A stretch of DNA of 64,000 nucleotides from Chrysomallon squamiferum (taxonomy: Eukaryota; Animalia; Mollusca), in assembly GCA_012295275.1 (NCBI GenBank), contig CM022678.1:7874001-7938000 (forward strand), read 5' to 3'. Under the pieces are notes generated by a model that ran no database searches, had not been told where the DNA came from, and was given only the letters and a program-made list of their open reading frames with translations. Shown in pieces: positions 11,316 to 25,442 of the stretch. The translations under genes and the position numbers were made by a program. Position 1 is the stretch's first letter; the number at the start of each line of letters is the position of its first letter.

Positions 11316-12792
11316 ACTTTTTGCAACAACGTCAACCACAAACATCAGTCAAAGACATGTGGGCCAAAGTAAAAAACATAGAATCAACACTCTTGGCAAA
11401 AACAACATCGCATTCACAGACAAACAAAAAGCAGACATACTCAGCAAAAGTTTCAAAACTTCCCACTGAAGTTCGAAAAGAAACCACTGGACAACCCAAC
11501 AATCGACGAACATTCCGCAGACACAGAACACAAGAAATACAATCAACTCTTCAACATCAGTGAATTAAAACATGCACTCAAAAACTAGATAAGTACAGCC
11601 ACGGGGCCACATAAAATAAGCTACACAATACTACAACACCTACCAGACAAAACACTACTGATCTTACTTGACCTCTACAACACAATATGGACCACAGGCA
11701 AGATTCTAACAAACTGGAAACATGCCGAATGTTTCAGCTTGCCCAAACCACACAAAGATCACTCACTACCCAACAGCTACAGACCGATCATGCTGACATC
11801 ACACATGTGCAAAACACTGCAAAATGTGCAAAAATTACAATTGATTATGGCATCCCACAAGGATCCATGGTCTCGCCAACACTCTTCAACATCTACATCA
11901 ACAACATTGTCACAGCACTCGACAAACAAGACAATGCCAAAAATCCACAAACTGAATCAATAAACACAGCACTCTTTTGAGACGACTGCGCCTTTTGGCG
12001 TGCAGGCAGATCGACCACAGCAATACAGAAACAAATACAAAAAGACCTAAACAACATAAATGACTGGGCATTGAAAACAGGAATAGGGGAAATGCCACTG
12101 CCGGCATACCACAAAGAAACAAAACCAGCAATAGATACACCTTTCCTGATCAAAACAAAGTTCACACCCTTCAAAAAAGCCAGACATTCCTGCAGACCAG
12201 ACCTACTCAGCAGAATACAACATCTACACGAGGACATACAACACAACAAGAAACAACTAATCATCAAGTGGCTCCCAGCACACGTCAGCATCATCGGTAA
12301 CAAACTTGCCGACCACTATGCCAAAGAGTCACTCAGCTTCAAAGACGAAGACATCTGCACCGACATACGCTACGGAACAAACAAAATTCTGTCCTTCACA
12401 GCCAAACATTAAGACAAACAGTGGCAAAACGAATGGAACAAGACCAAAAACAAATGGCTCTTGAACATCAAACCACCCAAAATCACACTCGCCAACAAAC
12501 TACACAACAACAATCTCACCGAAGTCAGAATTGGGTTACTCGACCAACTTAAATGCAATCCGATACAAATATCACAACACCACATAATCCAACTGCAGCT
12601 GTGGACTCTCCGAAACCATGAATAACTACTTGTCAAAATTTCACTAAGGAAAGATAAGTACTAAGCAACACATTGGAGGAACTAAAAATCGAGTTCACGC
12701 TCCAACACATCTTGACACCAAACACGAAAGACAGAGAGTTAGTCCTCACTGCAGTAACAACATACATTCTGAACACAAAACACAAACTTTAG
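11316..12792 (+). mobile_element. Degenerate LINE with RT and RNase H (I-group/Nimb-like), 5' part lost in the gap
   Basis: ATGPHKISY, PKPHKDHSLPNSYRPIMLTSHMCK, GIPQGSMVSPTLFNIYIN, F*DD and RNase H motif KWLPAHVSIIGNKLADHYAK; frameshifts and internal deletions. Confidence 0.92.
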
Positions 12793-13127
12793 ACTCTTGC
12801 AGCTGATTCTAATTCAACAGACATTCAAAAACAGTAAATACTTTAACATTACAATATTTGCTTGTTACACTTATTGAAAATCTGCTTTCTTATTTTTTTT
12901 TTACTATTATGGGTTATTATCATTCTTCTTTGTCTTCTGATTATTACTTTTAAGTTTAATTATTATTATTATTACTATTCATGGGTGATACAATTAAAGT
13001 TTACGTAACACATTAATGGGTTATACAAAAAATATCTGCGTAACCCTTTTTTAAATCATATTTATTTTTATTTTATTAATAATAATAATACATATATCAT
13101 AAGAATTATGACTTAACTAAACTAAAA

Positions 13128-14383
13128 AATTTCAAACAGCATTTTGTCATGTTCTGTGGCTTGATTGGGGTCACAGAAAATCCTGAATAAAACACACGGT
13201 GTACAAATTGTAATTAGTGAACTAGGAATATCCTACCTTCCCTCCTTCTCATCTTAAGACATTTCCTTGAGTTACTTCACTTTGAGAACCACCGAGTTTA
13301 CATTTGACAACTGACACATTTTTGTTTTTTTAACCAAATGCTGAAACTGTTTACAAAAGCAGAACCGAGGTATCACTCGATTCAGTATATACTATTATAT
13401 AGTGTATTACAATTTATTTTTTTATTATTTTTATTTGAAGTAAGATTTTAAACCAATAAATAACTTCAGTTAATTGTAACTGAAATAAATTGTATTAATA
13501 TAAACATTTTGTACCTGTATTTTTGATTACCTGGGTCAGTGGGTGATACGAGTCTTTGGGACATGTTTGAATCAATCAAGCGAGAACCTTTTCTTTTTTT
13601 AAAAAAGCGGTGACATATGGATTCCATTGGAAGTTCAGCCATCTGTAAATAGAAAATAAATATATAACATGAACATACATGATTAACAGTTTTAAAAGAT
13701 TTTATTATTATATATACAGGGCTCGAAATGGCCAGTCACCAGTCGTCAATTGACACCAAAGTTCTGTTTCGGCGACTGGGAAGTGGGATGATAAAAAAAA
13801 TGCTCGATTAGTCGCCCAAAATATATTATTTGAATTTTGTTTCTGTAAGTTATAACACTAGAGCCTCTATTTTACATAAAAGGTTTGCTCATAGTTCGAT
13901 AAACTGGACGTATCGCCTTACCTTAGTTTTCGAACATCTGTGTGTTTATAAACACTCATTTTGTAGACCGGATATGCATATAGTAACTGTGGTCTTGATA
14001 AACAAAACCGCAAGTCTCGCTGACCTAGTATCGTAAAACTGATCGTGACCATTCGGATCATCTCGGCCTAATACACAATCCGTTCCCCTTGAATAAACAG
14101 GAAAGGTTGCAAAAACTAATAAATAAATAAACTAAATTAAATTAAATACAGTTAGATATCTGCTTCATTTCAGCTTTAATTATCAAATAATCTCTGATAT
14201 TATGCCAAATTTAAATTACGCTATAACTGTAATTTATGTAAGAACTGAAAAAGCATATTCCTTTCGGTTCTTTTTCTTGGCAAATTGATTTATAGAAATG
14301 GGCCAAACACCGTTTGGCTTCAGGCCAGACCAGTCTCGATAAACCACGATATTTCGAACATAAACGGATTCGAATGTATGCAT
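13128..14383 (-). pseudogene. 5' five exons of unidentified gene Y
   Basis: Exons 14383-~14262 (donor degenerate), 14087-14025, 13642-13531, 13310-13237 and 13182-~13128 are phase-consistent: MHTFESVYVRNIVVYRDWSGLKPNGVWPISINQFAKKKNRK GTDCVLGRDDPNGHDQFYDTR WLNFQWNPYVTAFLKKEKVLA*LIQTCPKDSYHPLTQ LSNVNSVVLKVK*LKEMS*DEKEGR IFCDPNQATEHDKMLFE. Confidence 0.7.
13717..13940 (+). mobile_element. Terminal fragment of the hAT-like family, inside an intron of gene Y
   Basis: Begins cagggctcgaaatggccagtc and aligns with the reverse complement of ~7930-8179. Confidence 0.75.
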
Positions 14384-14507
14384 CGGTTTTCAAATCAGTT
14401 TAAACTGATGCTTGACAGCCAGATTATTTTTATTTTTAATTCGCAAACGTTTTACTTGTTGATTATTCGTTTTAATAGAATTTTGGAAATATTTCACGAA
14501 AATCCAA
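14384..14507. promoter_or_regulatory. Putative bidirectional promoter/5'UTR between the divergent ATGs of genes Y and X
   Basis: About 125 bp between ATG(-) at 14383 and ATG(+) at 14508, inside a CpG-retaining stretch (~14000-14600). Inference only. Confidence 0.4.
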
Positions 14508-17500
14508 ATGGATTCGGATGTTTTATGTTTGTGCGAACCAAGCGTGAATCGGATTCGGAGACATGCGTACATTTTCAGCCATGGAACGAGGTAAACATCA
14601 TGTAATGTGTAACACTATGTCAGTATTTGAGTAAGGGTGAGAGAAACAGAGACTCTGAGAGAGATATTCACAATAATGTGTCAGTGTGTGTGTGTGTGTG
14701 TTGGCAATTTCATATGTAAATAAATTTATTATAACATTCACAAACGATAAGAAGCAGAGAAAAATGCTTTTATTTGACATGTAGATTGATAACAAAAAAT
14801 ATCATGTTCTTTCAAAAGAATAATAAACATTAATTTCTAAAATTAGATTATTTCACTTGAACTGAATCAAGGACTAGCATATTTGAGATGTGCTGTTGTA
14901 TGTCAGTTATTTATATTTAAAAATTAATCTGTTCAATTCTGCACCAAATAATGAAATATCATCCTTCTTGTATAATTTAGTATGTATTTCTTCAGTGATC
15001 ACTGTTATATTAATTGTGTGTTTATTTTTAGCATATTTATTATTAGTAACATAGCCTGATTGTATAAACAAAAACAGTCATGGTTTATTTTTATTTTATT
15101 TTTATTTATTTATTCCAGTTTTTTATGTGTGTGAAATGTCGGAATCACTGCAGAAGGCAGAAACAACAGCTACGCAGATAGCAAGTGTATTAAGTGTATA
15201 TCTGAGATTACAGAATCTTCTTTGGAAATGGTTTCGTCTAATTTACAATTAAAGTTGGCGATATCAGTACCAAAAACAAGTGCTGCACTCACATCATCAG
15301 CAACTACACAAGCCTCAGTTGTGACAGTTTCAGGTTCATCAGCATCTGATTCAGTTTTAGCAGCACAAATAGAGCAGCCACAGATTCAAACCCAGCTGTT
15401 TTGGAATCTACTGTTCCTGGAGAATTACTTACATCAGAAGTGACTCAGAAGGGTAATTCGACTTTGAAGCAGATTGTGAACCAGCCAGTTATAATAACCA
15501 GTAATGTGGCCACAGTGATACACCCTAACAGTCACGTAGAACACTGGAATCTAGACAGCTTTCTCCCAGGAGAGGCAGGTTCAGACTTTTTAAATATCAA
15601 TTTAAAATAATCATACAATTGACATTTACATAAAAAATCCTTCAACTGCAGCTCGGAAATCCAGAGTTCTTCATTTTTTTAAACTGTCTAAAACTTAAGG
15701 ATTTTGTGAAGAAAGGCAAAGCTAGTCTGATAAAATCTTAAAATAGTGTTTGAATCAGATGCTGAGTGACAGTTGTATTTCAGTTTAATTTTTACTGAAT
15801 GTGGTTGAAGTTTTCTTTTAGACTATTTTCTGTTTATATTAACTATTCTATAACTAGATTATTAATATAGTTGCACTATGTTCAATCAGATTTGTTTGAT
15901 AATATTTCATATCTCAGGTAGAGGTCAGTGAAAAACGTATAATAAATACAGTTATACTTTATGGACACAGTGGTCAAACAGTGTCCATGATATACATTAT
16001 CAAATTTGATAGTATTCAGTTTTCAAAAACAAAAATAGTTACTTTGCTCTGTTTTAGCAACAAGAGTCATTTAAATAATATTTTACTGTTTTAAACAAAA
16101 AGAGATTCAAATAGACCTGAAAAGAGAAAATCACAGATTTTGTCAATTAATCTTAACATTGCCTAAAGATATAAAAATTTAAAAAAGAAATTATATTAGA
16201 ATTTCTGCAAGTCGCTCATAGAAGAGTTGAGAGTAAACTGTACTCAGGAAAAGTCATAAATACTTGGAATACTGAGAAAAATCTGGGTAATTTGCATTTT
16301 CTTTATGTATTTCCCTTGCACACATAAGAATAAAGAATTTTTGCTTATTATCTCTGTATCTGCATTTGTAGAAACTTTCTGAATTAAATGACGTGTGATT
16401 GGAGAAGCCATTCTGCATGGAACTGAAGTGAGATATTTCTTGGATTTGTGCTGGTTATTAATAGCAAAGTTATACCTTTAAGTCATATAAGTGGGTAACT
16501 GAAGATTCTGCATTAACATTTCAAACTCATGCAACAGTTAGTCACAAAGTTATTAAATCATTAGTGTCAGACATCTTGAATGGTGTGATAAATTGTGTGT
16601 GTGCATGTGTGTAAAAATGATGGGAACATTTTTTTTTTTAAACTTTAACATTATTTTACATTTACTAACATGTTTTTCTGGCATTTACTAAAAAATAAAA
16701 AATAAAATAAAAGAAGAAAATGTGATGGTTATTATGAAAGAGTTTTCATATTTTAGGATTAAGTTCTCATTTCATATGTATTTATTCAGTCAGAGAAAAC
16801 TGTAATTGGGTGAAGTAAAAGCAAATGGATATTGAAAGAAACATACAGTGTTTAGATACTAATATTTATTACACCTCTGATGACCAACAGCATTTTCTTC
16901 CATTATGCAGGATAAGAGTCCGTTTGGGGACATTTCAGAGGAGCATTTGAACCAGTTAGTTGATGCACTGCTTACTGAGGACATCACCAGTTTACTTCAG
17001 ACAGACTTTGGAAACACTGATCCAAATCTTACATCTTCAAATGTGGACACAAATACTTCAGTGACAAACAAAAGCCAAGATTCTCTTACACCAGACGATT
17101 CTCTGAAACTGGATTTATTTGAAGGAGAACCCACAATATTTGACGAAGCAACAGCTAATAAATTAATCAAGGTAAGAAATAGATAAGTTTAAAATTGTAT
17201 CAAGAACAGTCTAGAAATTGTTCCCTAAACAGAGTTTATAATGTAGCATTTTGTTTACAGTATTATCTTAATAAGTAAACAATGTATGTCTTTTCATTAT
17301 GCTGTTAATAAATATGATTTTTTTTTATATTTGACAATATATTTTTAATAAATTTAAATTGTTGTTAATTATGTATATTTTAAAATTAAAGTGTTAATAA
17401 CCAGAACATTTTACATTTTTAAGTATGGCGTACATGAACTTGCTGTGATGTTGGCTGCATTTACCGGTCATGTGTATGCAATTCCTGCCCACAATGATCC

Positions 17501-17577
17501 TAGTCTTGCAATACACGCATGCATTGTAACAGTCTTCACAGACATCATATGACTTAAATGCAGATGGAGTTCAAGAA
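14508..17577 (+). pseudogene. 5' exons of unidentified gene X
   Basis: Exons 14508-14590 (MDSDVLCLCEPSVNRIRRHAYIFSHGT|gtaaac), 15119-15578 (frameshifted, S/T-rich), 16891 or 16911-17171 (open: DKSPFGDISEEHLNQLVDALL..TIFDEATANKLIK|gtaaga) and 17424-17577 (YGVHELAVMLAAFTGHVYAIPAH.., truncated). Confidence 0.6.
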
Positions 17578-18039
17578 TATCTCCTAAATTATGAGTATGA
17601 AATCCTAGTGTAAATTAAAATATGCACGAGATCTTATAAAATAAAATCTCTCCAAACTTGTGAAATCTTAGTTTAAAAACCTTAAGATATTAATGAAACT
17701 TATAAAATAAAATATATTCAAAATTAAAAGAATGAAATCTTAATATAACATTACTCCTTTTAAGAGTATGAGATCCTTATATAAATTAACATGAAACCTA
17801 CAGTATTAATGAATCCTTGTGTAAACAAAATTTAAGATTTTAAAAAAATATGAGTTCTTAGCATAAGCTAACCACATGTAGTGCAGTCAGTATTTAAAAA
17901 TTATTTCTCAGAACGGTTTGTTTAGTATTATAGAATTAGAGTTTTAGAAATACTTTTTGTAAGCTGTCTCTTCAGTTCTGAGACTGTGGTAGTTTTCTTG
18001 AGTTCTATGAAGTCCACCATAACAATAACATTTTATATA

Positions 18040-18897
18040 CCGTATATACTTGTGTATAAGTCGAATTTTTGGGAGACTATATTAAGGTAATATTTTGGGG
18101 GTCGACTTATACATAGGTAATGCTTTTGTAGCTGTTGCTGAAGAGTCGCCATTTTGACTATTTTTTGCTACGGGATGCATCTAAAATAATCGCGGTCTTT
18201 CAGGTTTTCAAAAATATAATTTTATCGTATACAAATTTTTGAAAAATTAAATAACAAAACCAAATATGAATGTAAAACATGATATTCTTCCGTTTAATGA
18301 CATAAAAATACATTTTAAAGCAAGAAAACCGTCAGTACGGCATTATGCCTTACGGCGTCTTGCAATGATCTAGGAATGCACACTTCTCTGCCAAATTGCA
18401 CTAAATATCGGTCCTAATTTCATAAACAAAACTCACTTGTGTAATTGTAAAGAATTTGGTGAAATAATATTGTTAGAATTTTCAGCAAATCTAATTACTG
18501 CAAGCTTAAATTGTGCAGTATATTTATTTCGTTTGCCTGGCATCATATACAATATTTTAGGGCTGTGGCCATAAAATTTTGTAAATCATAGAACGGCTAA
18601 ATATAACGGTAAGTTAGGTCTCCATGTTAGACCTATTACATTAAAGAGATACTATTTATGATACATTTAGGCTATAGCTCGTGTAATACATGCATTTACG
18701 TTATTATGGTATGTTCGTGCAAGTTATGTTACAGTAGGCATACAATGTAGGCCTTCATGGCACTGTCTAAAAATAGTGACGGTGCCTGGAATCTACAGTC
18801 GACTTATACACAAGTAATACCTAAAATGACACAATTTTTGGTCTTAAAACACACATCGACGTATACATAAGGTCGCCTTGTACACAAGTATATACGG
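18040..18897. mobile_element. pogo/Tigger-like (Tc1/mariner superfamily) MITE, 858 bp, TA target duplication
   Basis: TA|ccgtatatacttgtgtataag ... cttgtacacaagtatatacgg|TA (1 mismatch in 21). Subterminal gtcgacttataca motifs near both ends; no transposase. Confidence 0.92.
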
Positions 18898-18899
18898 TA

Positions 18900-19158
18900 T
18901 ATATATAAACCAATGTAAGGGAAATAGTCTTTACTATTAGTCAGAGAGAAAGTCCAATATGCCTGACAGCAGTTGACTGCAGCACTATAAGCTGTCTGTT
19001 CTGAAACTGCTGTAGTTTTATTGACTTTTCTATAGCGCTGCAGACAATTAGGCATATTGGACTATTGGACCACTGGACTTTCCCTTTGACTAATTATAAA
19101 GACTACTTTCCTTACATTGTTTGTTTATATATATTTGTCACTGCTTAGTTGGACTTCA
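18900..19158. mobile_element. Fold-back (hairpin) MITE-like element
   Basis: atatataaaccaatgtaagggaaatagtcttta..gtccaatatgcct..ctgcagcactata is an imperfect reverse complement of tatagcgctgcag..aggcatattggac..taaagactactttccttacattg..tttatatat. Confidence 0.8.
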
Positions 19159-19459
19159 CACACACACACGCACAGTCATATATGAAACCAACCATAACAG
19201 TGACATAAATAGAGATAATAGGTCTTGCGTCATAGTACTGATTTTTAAATATGAAACAAATCAACTGAATTCAGTTACAAAATAAAGGTTCAGAGCTTTA
19301 TTTGCTAAAATAATTGATATAATTTTATCATAAAAGATATTACTAGGATTTATTTTTATTGTTCTTGTTTAAATTATGACGATCAAATATGTGAGTTTTG
19401 ATGTCTGTATAATGTACAGTTGGTATGTTTGTATTACTTATTTTGTGTTATACTTTCAG

Positions 19460-20651
19460 GTGTACAAGTTTGTTTATGCTGTTAGACTGGCTGAATATGG
19501 ATTTCCTCAAGAGGTATGTATTTAATAACAGACAGACAGGCATACATAAACACACACAGACACTGACGTTTTAGGGTTTTTTTTCCCACAATATAAATTG
19601 TATTATCAGTGTTCACAGTGATAATGCTTAAAGGTTTCTAAAAAAAATGCTTTTAATCTACAGCTTTGATAATTAACTTGATTAATGATAGAAAATTACC
19701 TTTCTTAAAATAATCTTTTTAAACTTACAGCCACTGGTAAACAAATTGTTTATTATTCTGTTGATGTTTGTTTTAAGGCTCTACATTACTGTGAAGTTAC
19801 GTCAACAGCAGTGCAGCATTTCCCAGTCTGGTTCCAACCCACATTTGTCAAAGTTGTACGACGTTTGTTCTCTTCTTATTTTTTCATTTGTGTCTGGCAT
19901 TTGTTTATTTTATTGTTCACATCATCTTAGTGTATTTCATTATAACATTTGCTACAAATGTATTTTGCTTCCACAAGATTGGAGTATTTATATTTGTCTT
20001 GTTGATGTCGTTGTTGTTGTCTTTCTGATCAGACTGTCAGATGATATAGATTGCACATAAAATACAAACTGTGCAAAAACCTATAAAAACTGATACAAAC
20101 TGATACAAACACGCCATCACACTCACAAACATACATGCAGATGTGTACAGAGGCATTTAGTGCACTACAGCATCTGTTAATTATTTTCAAACATCTATCA
20201 CTTTCTTAGAAACATTGGACATGTAGATTAGGAGCTTTTAGACATACTCTACACAAGTTAACCAGGGCCTACATTAAATTTATGCCATGCATTTTACTGC
20301 TACCAGTGAATAAAAAATACATTTTTACTCTAAACATTACTAAATAATTTGAGATGTGATTTGTGATTAAAATGAGATTAATGTTTACTCTGAATTTCAG
20401 ATGTTATCTGAATAAAAAAAAAGGTATGTACTCTGACAAGTTACCAGTGAATAAAAGAATATATATTTACACTGAATTTTTACTGAATAATTTTAGAGAG
20501 GGTTGTGAATAGAAAAAGAAAATATGACACTAAATATTGTTAAATAATTTCAGATAGCGAATCGTTTGAAGTTCTATGACAACAGGAGGGTGACGATGCA
20601 GAAGATGTGCCCTGAATGCAGCATTTGTACAGAATCTGTGCGGCCGATGAC
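19460..20651 (+). pseudogene. SEC16: SEC16 central conserved domain, three pseudo-exons (19460-19513, 19778-19862, 20554-20651)
   Basis: VYKFVYAVRLAEYGFPQE | ALHYCEVTSTAVQHFPVWFQPTFVKV.. | IANRLKFYD..; compare recalled SEC16A VFKFIYSCRLAEMGLATQAFHYCEAI..QLRLFDP. AG/GT borders, frameshifts, a TGA stop and a GA donor in the third exon. Confidence 0.85.
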
Positions 20652-23600
20652 GAAAGCCACTGATTTAATATTAATTTTGTTACCTGTAGTGTTTGTATCT
20701 GTTCATATTCAGCTTTGTGTAGCCCACAGATTATATTTTTTCAAACACAAAGAGGGAATGACAAGTTTTCAGAATTTATTTATTTATTTATTTATTCACC
20801 CACAAGTGGTTATATGTAAACTAAAATATGACTATTCAGTAGATTTTAATAAATTTTATGTATTTGAAGTTGTAATGGTAACACAGTGTCTTGTCTCAGT
20901 GTATCTACACCTATTTTCATCCTGGTTTTAATTATTTCTCTGTCCTTTACTTGAAAATGGACTCCTGCCTTTGAATAAGCCCCCCTGACCCTGTTGGTGT
21001 TAAATTCAATGGCTTCTGCCTCTTGGACATACTCTCCTTATTAAATTGTAGATTATGAATGATAATATTGTAATTTTGTTAGCAGAGTTAAAAGATGTAA
21101 ACATATTTTTATTATGTATTTATATTTAATTTTTTTGTTATTATCTTTTTTGTTTGTTGAAGGATGGATGATGTCAGGAAATGTCTGTGTTTCCAGCAGT
21201 GATGTCGGCAAGCTTCGAGAGAGTGTAAACTACACTGGAGTACGGCACAACACTGAATGCACAGGATCATCAGAACATCACATCACAGCAGCAAACATCT
21301 AATCTCAGCTTACAGGATACACAACACTGAATGCACAGGATCATCAGAACATCACATCACAGCAGCAAACATCTAATCACAGCTTACACAACACCACAGA
21401 TATACAGAGCTGTGTGTATCGCTCCACTGGCAGAATCAACACGGTGTATGTAGACTAGATCTGTTTATACATAGACAGATAGATAGATATAGATATAGAT
21501 ATATTTAGGTAGATAGATAATTACATGATAAAAAAAGTGGGGTTTAATTATTTTGTCCTTCAAAAATTCTTTTAAAATAATTTAGGTAATATCTCAACTG
21601 AATTTTTATCCTGACCATAGAAGTTTGGTGAATTATGCAGTGAAGTAAATTTATATTCCAACAAAAACTATTGCCCATGTTGAGAATCATAAGCCAGGAA
21701 AACAATAAAAATATGAATTATATCTAATGTCAAAACTGTAAAAACCTGATCTCGACATTTCTTGTCATGTTTGTTGAATCTAAATTCTTTTTATATTTCC
21801 CCTAATTGGCTGAAATGTGAAAAAAATAAATAAAATAACAAGTTATTGTTTATCACTTGATTTTTGTGATATATCCATAAATAATGAGTAGTGTGATTTA
21901 TTCTGAAGACATCACTGATGTTTGTTGCAGGGAATTCCTACGAGTATCAGTCGCAGACTCAAACTGTCGGGTGTGTCTGAATACCACAAGTAATCTTCAC
22001 TTTTTAATTTTACATTAATCAGTGTTCATTTTTATCAGCTGGATTGAAAAATAACTTGAAAATAATCCGGTGTATTATTAATTATTAATTATTATTTATA
22101 TATAATTTATATAATTGTTCAGATGAAATGAAATGTTAGATAGAGATTTTACTTTTCTTATAAATATATTATTTTTATTCAGAAAGAAAAAGAAAATCAT
22201 ATTAATACTTGAACTATAGTTGTCATCATCATTTTATTTTCAGGCCAGTCATTAAATATGTATAATGATAATCTGTGCTTCTTTGTGTTTTATTTCCTAT
22301 ATTTTGTTATTAAACCACTGTTCCCTGTACACTGATCTTCTAAAACCTTTAACACCAGCAGGTTACAGAAGTACAGGATTTCCCAGTCCAAACACTCAGA
22401 TAGCCAGTGACCCAATGGCCACTCACCTGGGAAGTTTTGACCAGTACACGCAGGATGTCCAGACACCACATGGTCAGTAAAGTGCTGGCAACCGACTCCA
22501 TAGTCAGCGATGTAGCGTTGCATCTGTACACAACGCTGATGTCAACTCTGACCAAGAGTTTGATTTAAACAGTAGTTTTCACTGATGACTTAATATGTAG
22601 TATATCACTTTGCATGTTCAGTATTAATTAAATAATGATTTTAAATAATATCTCTGACTATTCTCAACTTTTGGACTGTTTTATTATCTTATGATCTAAA
22701 TTATTAAAAATCATGCAGACGACATTTATAAACTATAAAATAATAAAAAATGGAATTTATATTTCGACTAAGTCTCTTGTTGTTACTAATGCATCTTCAC
22801 TTTCCATGGACTTGCTGGAGATTTCCTCGGGGTTCACTGACACTGTTAGTGGAAGACTGTTTCCATCTCTTTACCATCAGACTGGATATGCTGGGAGGGT
22901 GGCAATGTTTTTGAAATGTGAGTGGTACTCAAAGATTCTCCAAAGTGCTCGGACATTTCATCAGCTAAAACTGATCATGATAAAAAAATATTAGCCTTGA
23001 AACTTGATTATAAAACTTTTTTCACAATATCAGTGAAATATAATTAAACTTTTTTAAAACGGAAATGATTAAGATAATTAACAAGATTAACTTTAATGAG
23101 CAGTGAAGAGCAGAGGTGAAGGTTGGCCAAGAGAGGAGTGAAACCACACATGAACATATACGAGCTGATTCTCCTGTTCAATCAGAGAACGCCAGCAAGG
23201 AAGCCCATCTGCTGCAGCTGGAAGATGGACAGAAACCAAGGAAGTCCCGCCACACTGAAGAAGACAAGCAAAAGCTCTTCCAGTTGGGATTGGGGAGTAC
23301 GTCACATGTACCCGGTACACGGCTTCCTACTTGTCAGCTTGCAGGTGAGTGCTTTCTGGAACATTTCTTGTGTTGAGGGTGACTGGTTGTCATACAAATT
23401 GTGGACAAAATACTGTTTAACAAAAGTACATCAATTAAGGTGACGGAACACCATTTAGTAAGGGTGAGAAATAAAATGCCAGAAATGGAACAACTGGCAT
23501 GTCCAATTAGGATGTGTTATAAACTCACTGCCAGAATCAGGAATAAACCTTTAAATATATCACAAACTACATTACCTGGATAGAAATAAGAAATTAAAAA

Positions 23601-24009
23601 AAAAAGGTTTACAGCAAGATTCATTCACCAAGCTAGTTAATGTCATTATATGGAGGGAAAAGCAAGCTACTGGACCACACTTACCTTTAACAGAAAACCT
23701 GCCATTACAACAACTACAACTAGCAACAGAAAGAAATGAGTTCTCATTTACTTTTGTGGACTCTGACAGAACTGGTGGCACACAACCAAATGTACACAGT
23801 GATACAACTCAAGTCATTAGCATGCAGCTACTGCAGTGTCCATCACCATAGAAACTCCAGCCAGTCCTGATACCTCGCAAAACATGCAAACTTTCAGCAA
23901 CTACATGAAGAAAATTGTAAACAGAGCCCACAAAAATAAATAATTTCAACAAAACAACCTCCATTAACACAAAACATATCTCTCAGATGATAAACACCTA
24001 ACACAGGCC

Positions 24010-25183
24010 TTTTCTTTCTTGTTTGTCTTAATGATGTTACATTCACCTTCACCAGTGTGTCCAGTTCACCACTGATTTAACACTAACAGCAAACACTGCA
24101 GCACTGAGTCAATGGGAAGTTCTAAATGACTTGAATTGTGACCACCACCCTACACTCACCAACTACAACAGCAAGAAAACCTCCAACAACTCAGTATTTA
24201 CACCCAAATGAAATTTCACCAAAGCAGACTGGGAAGGATTCTACAAAGCATGGAAACATATTAAACTAAAAAACACAAACAAAACTGACACACATTGCAC
24301 TTCACTTACCAACATGCTAGACTCAGCTGTCACTGAACACAAACCTAAAACAAAAAACTGCACCAACAAAATATCCACTGCATGGTGAACTGAGCTTATT
24401 GGAAATAAATAAATACAGAAGACCATAAAAAAAAAAATCAGTTAAGAATCTAAACAAAAATCAATCTACACTTGAAAAATACAAAATAATCAAATACTTT
24501 ATTAGTAATACTTGGTCTTTCTAATGTAACTTGGTAAACAGGAACGATATCAACAGATTGGAAACTTGCATAAACCTTACAAATACCATTCACTACCAAT
24601 CAACTACAGACCAGTTACACTAACATCACACATGTAAAACCCTCGACACACTGGTAAAACACACACTTAAACAACAACAGTTTAACAAGTAAATAACAAA
24701 ACACTACAACAGTTTACTAAATTCCATTCAATAAATAAAAAAAAAGTAATTACATAGATTACTGGTGTGCATGCAGATTTCTAAACAACCAAACACAAAC
24801 AAACCTAAACAACTTGAATGACTGACTGCCTTTAAACTGAGAGATAAAGAATTCACTTAGACAGCATGTCTCCTCTTTAATAAAGTAAAAGAAAAAAAGA
24901 AAGAAAGATAACAGCAAAATAACACTAAAAATAGATAACCATTTAATAACAAAGAAAATCATTCAAATTTTTAGTAGTCACATTTGACAGCCAACTTTGG
25001 ATGCCACATACAGAAGATAATCACATCTTGTAAAACTCTTACCAAGCATCACACTGCCTGACAGAATAAAACATACAACCATTAGAATAAAACATATAAC
25101 TATTAAAATACAGACAAAAACCTACACACACTAAAATACTGTATTAAAATCCACTCTCAGTAACAAACATCTCATGAACGATC
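24010..25183 (+). mobile_element. Decayed LINE ORF2 remnant, copy B of 4140-5320
   Basis: Same motifs (NFTKADWEGF, NYRPVTLTSH) inside the duplicated block. Confidence 0.8.
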
Positions 25184-25442
25184 TAGGCCCTTTAAAACTC
25201 ACCTTTCACTACAGTCTAGTTTTAAAACTCACCTTTCACTACAATCTAGTTTTAAAACTCACCTTTCACTACAATCTAGTTTTAAAACTCACCTTTCACT
25301 ACAATCTAGTTTTAAAACTCACCTTTCACTACAATCTAGTTTTTAAACTCACCTTTCACTACAGTCTAGTTTTTAAACTCACCTTTCACTACAATCTAAT
25401 TTTTAAACTCACCTTTCACTACAATCTAATTTTTAAACTCAC

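Noticed and set aside
11030-11563. ORFs spanning N runs (also 57119-57496)
   Set aside because: Artefacts of translating through assembly gaps.
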